From Marsupella aquatica (taxonomy: Eukaryota; Plantae; Marchantiophyta), in assembly GCA_973895155.1 (NCBI GenBank), contig OZ316892.1, positions 24,499,971 to 24,563,970 on the forward strand: DNA of 64,000 nt. Direction: 5' to 3'. How positions within the stretch are numbered: the first letter of the stretch is position 1; each line of letters opens with the position of its first letter. Below, piece by piece: positions 61,215 to 64,000 of this stretch. The notes beneath the pieces are model-generated. The model was not told the origin of the DNA. It did no database searches and saw only the letters and a program-made list of their open reading frames with translations. The translations under genes and the position numbers were made by a program.

Positions 61215-61842
61215 TATATCATGCCATATACATATGTCTCCCACATGCTAGGACGATGAATGATGCAAAAGATCCTTCCTATCGAGGACAATTCTTTTGG
61301 TTTTTTAAGGCAAAATTAAGCACAAAGATGACAAGATTGTACAAACTCAACTAGCAGATATTCTACAAGACAATCCGGGGGTACATTTTGAAGAAGGTGT
61401 TGCAAGTGTTGAAGGGTTCAAAGCGACAACTCTTGGAATGCAAACCTCACAATATTGCCTGCATCCAACTGGAGACACCCCATTGTTATGTTGTCTGTTT
61501 GATGTAGTCGTGATCCATTCTGTGCCTGACATCATCAGTGATAAGATTGAGCTTCCTTTTGAGGATAAGTTAAATTATAAGAGCTTTGCATTGTTTCTCT
61601 TAGTAGAGGAAGCATTATAATCAGGATGGATATTAATTCAGTTAAACAATGTTGAAAAGGAGCATTGGCTCCAAATATTCCTGAAGTTGAAAGAAAGTTG
61701 TCACCATTCTGAGTTCCAGCATCCAACAAAGTTAGATGATGCAATAAATATGATATGAACAAAACTCCACCATAAAGTTCTCTGAATTAAGCTTGCTATT
61801 CATCACAAGCAAGGCTTGAAAATATCGGATTGATGGAGGTGA
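61215..61842 (+). pseudogene. Decayed GT47/exostosin glycosyltransferase (ARAD-like clade), C-terminal part
   Basis: Translates as ...GMQTSQYCLHPTGDTPLLCCLFDVVVIHSVPDIISDKIELPFEDKLNY...HHSEFQHPTKLDDAINMI*...IKLAIH...D*WR*, matching the GT47 FCLHPAGDTPSSCRLFDA...SDKIELPFED pattern. Several stops and frameshifts; no introns in this part. Confidence 0.88.
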
Positions 61843-64000
61843 TTTGCAGCTGACCTCTACTACAGGACTTGAAAGGCTTTAATTCTCTTTGAGGTTTGGA
61901 ACAAACTGAAAAGAGTGATATCGGCTCTGATATAGCTATAGGTGTTCAAATCTCTCTTTTTTCCAGGCCAAATTTTGTAAAAGTAAATTACTAGGTTTTC
62001 GCAAAGGAATGTGACTACTTTGATCAGCACAGATGTGCAATCTTCTGATTCCAAGTCTTGATATTTGCAGATTCACTACTCTGTAAAAGTAGAGAAAACA
62101 TGTGGTACAAAACCAGCTGAAAGTTTCTGGATTTTACAAGAACTGCAAGTGCTGATCAGATTCTTTCCTCTATGTGACATTGTTATCTTGCGGAAATTTT
62201 GTCCTAGTACTGTACCGTGAAAGATCCGGATTTAGGAGGACTTTCCAAACCAAAACCAAATTTGTCTACAATGTCAACAAATTCATGTTCAATCTTATAT
62301 GTGACATTGTTATCTTGCAAAAGTTTTGTTCAAAAACTAAACCTTGAAGGATTTCTTTTTATGTTTCAAACCAAATCTATCTACAAAGTCAACAAAATTT
62401 GCTCAACCATGACATCTTGTAGCTAGACTGTACCTAAATAATTTGACCATATATTTGAAGGGACAAACCTTGGTCAAAGCATTGCATCCTGTACAGTGGA
62501 TGATACAATATTTGATCATATAGTTGACAGCATGAAACTAGTGGGACCACAAAAAAATCTGCTATTTGTATGTTCATTGGATACTTTTACAGGCCATGGA
62601 CTAGCAAGTTTACCCAGATAAAATAAAATTAAAAACTATATCTTGTGGAAGTGAAAAAAAAACAAAACAACAGTCTAAGGTTTAACAAAAATAAATTTGA
62701 AAAACTATTATTGCAAATGTTCATTGTATAAATGTCCAAATTGGTAAAGATTACAAAGGCTAGGCACCAATATTAAGTACCATTATCATAACCTGGATTG
62801 TGGTCTTCAATCACAAAAAGTAACTTAAATTTGAGCTTGCGTGATTTGATAATAAAACTTTTCCTTGCTAGCCAAATTTTTTATTCTATTTTTTTAGTAT
62901 TTTGTTGACACCCAGCCAAAATGGGTTGTGATAATTGCACATAAAAAAGCAGCAACATAACAGTAGAAGAAACAATAGTGAGTGATATGTTTGAGTTTAT
63001 CATGTTATGCAATTTGTTAGCACTTGCCACCTAGCACAAATCACATTATGCTACTATTTTTTATGTGTAATTATTGTTTGGCAGCCACAAATTTCTACAT
63101 ATTTTAATAGAAGAAAAACTTTCCTAAACCTTTTTGCTGAGTCTTAATTTTTTGCAGGCTGATGAGCTTGTAATTGAAATTTCACCTAATTTCAGGGAAT
63201 GGCCAACATATTTTTCAGGATGATTTGTCTGAAATGCCAATTTAGTGTGCTAAATGCCAGCATATATTTAACTAATTAATTTATGCATAAATTTGATTAC
63301 AGCCATGATAAGGCTGTTGGAAAAGAATGATTTCATTGCTCACAGGGCCCAACTACCACATTAACATCCAAAACTATAAATTTTATTTTGTTAATATCAT
63401 TCTTTAAGAAAACCATAAATATTTCCAAAGTTCATGTAGGAATTAGTGTGGCTTGTCTTAAATAATTTCAATAAGATCCAATTACATACACATATTTAAA
63501 AAAAATACATTTGATAAATAATATTATTCTCACATTTGAATAAGCTATTTTAGTTCATAAAAAGTGCTTGTTGAGGAACATCATTTGTATTCGTGTTTAC
63601 AACCGTTTATTTTACTTTCTATATTTTATAAATATCTTGCCCAAAATAAAACTTAAAATATTTATTTTCGGTTGTGCCAATCCTAGTTGAATACTCATTA
63701 TAGCATACACATACCCAATAAGTATGATTACTATAACATTAAAGGCCTAATAGTACTTATCTATGATATTTTATGCAACAAGAAATAGACAAGTTTTGCC
63801 GAGTGCTAGCTTATATCAATACTATCATTGTTAGTTCAATTGTTTTATCACAAATATTTTCTTAAATCTGGGATTTACAAGATTTCCAATCTTTTTGGCA
63901 TGATACATACCTTGCCACGGAAATTTTTCTATCTATCACTATGCCATATTTTTTTGTGGGTTAAGAAACTAACCCAGATTACCAACTTGACATCCAATGG

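Overview
Eukaryotic, land-plant nuclear DNA. A non-seed plant is likely, but that is an inference from gene content and protein divergence. The recognisable host genes are a spliced NUDX14-type ADP-sugar pyrophosphatase (-), a 6.1-kb intronless CABIN1 (+), a ~3,100-aa multi-exon gene with no recognisable domain (-), an intronless glucuronokinase (+), a 9-exon alpha-SNAP (-) and a decayed GT47/exostosin pseudogene fragment (+). The standout is an apparently intact 4.7-kb Mutator-like element at 16466-21162. It has long TIRs, a perfect 10-bp TSD and a full DDE/SWIM/zinc-knuckle transposase interrupted by a GC-AG intron. It also carries a convergent second gene encoding a hydrophobic N-terminus plus an RNase H1 N-terminal/caulimovirus-P6-type hybrid/dsRNA-binding domain, a candidate transposon-borne anti-silencing or R-loop-related factor. 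The window also holds nested foldback elements (one flanked by TTAA), a Tourist-like MITE, a tRNA-derived SINE-like element, and locus-specific tandem duplications at the 5' end of every intact gene. All protein calls come from motif recognition by eye; no database search was run.
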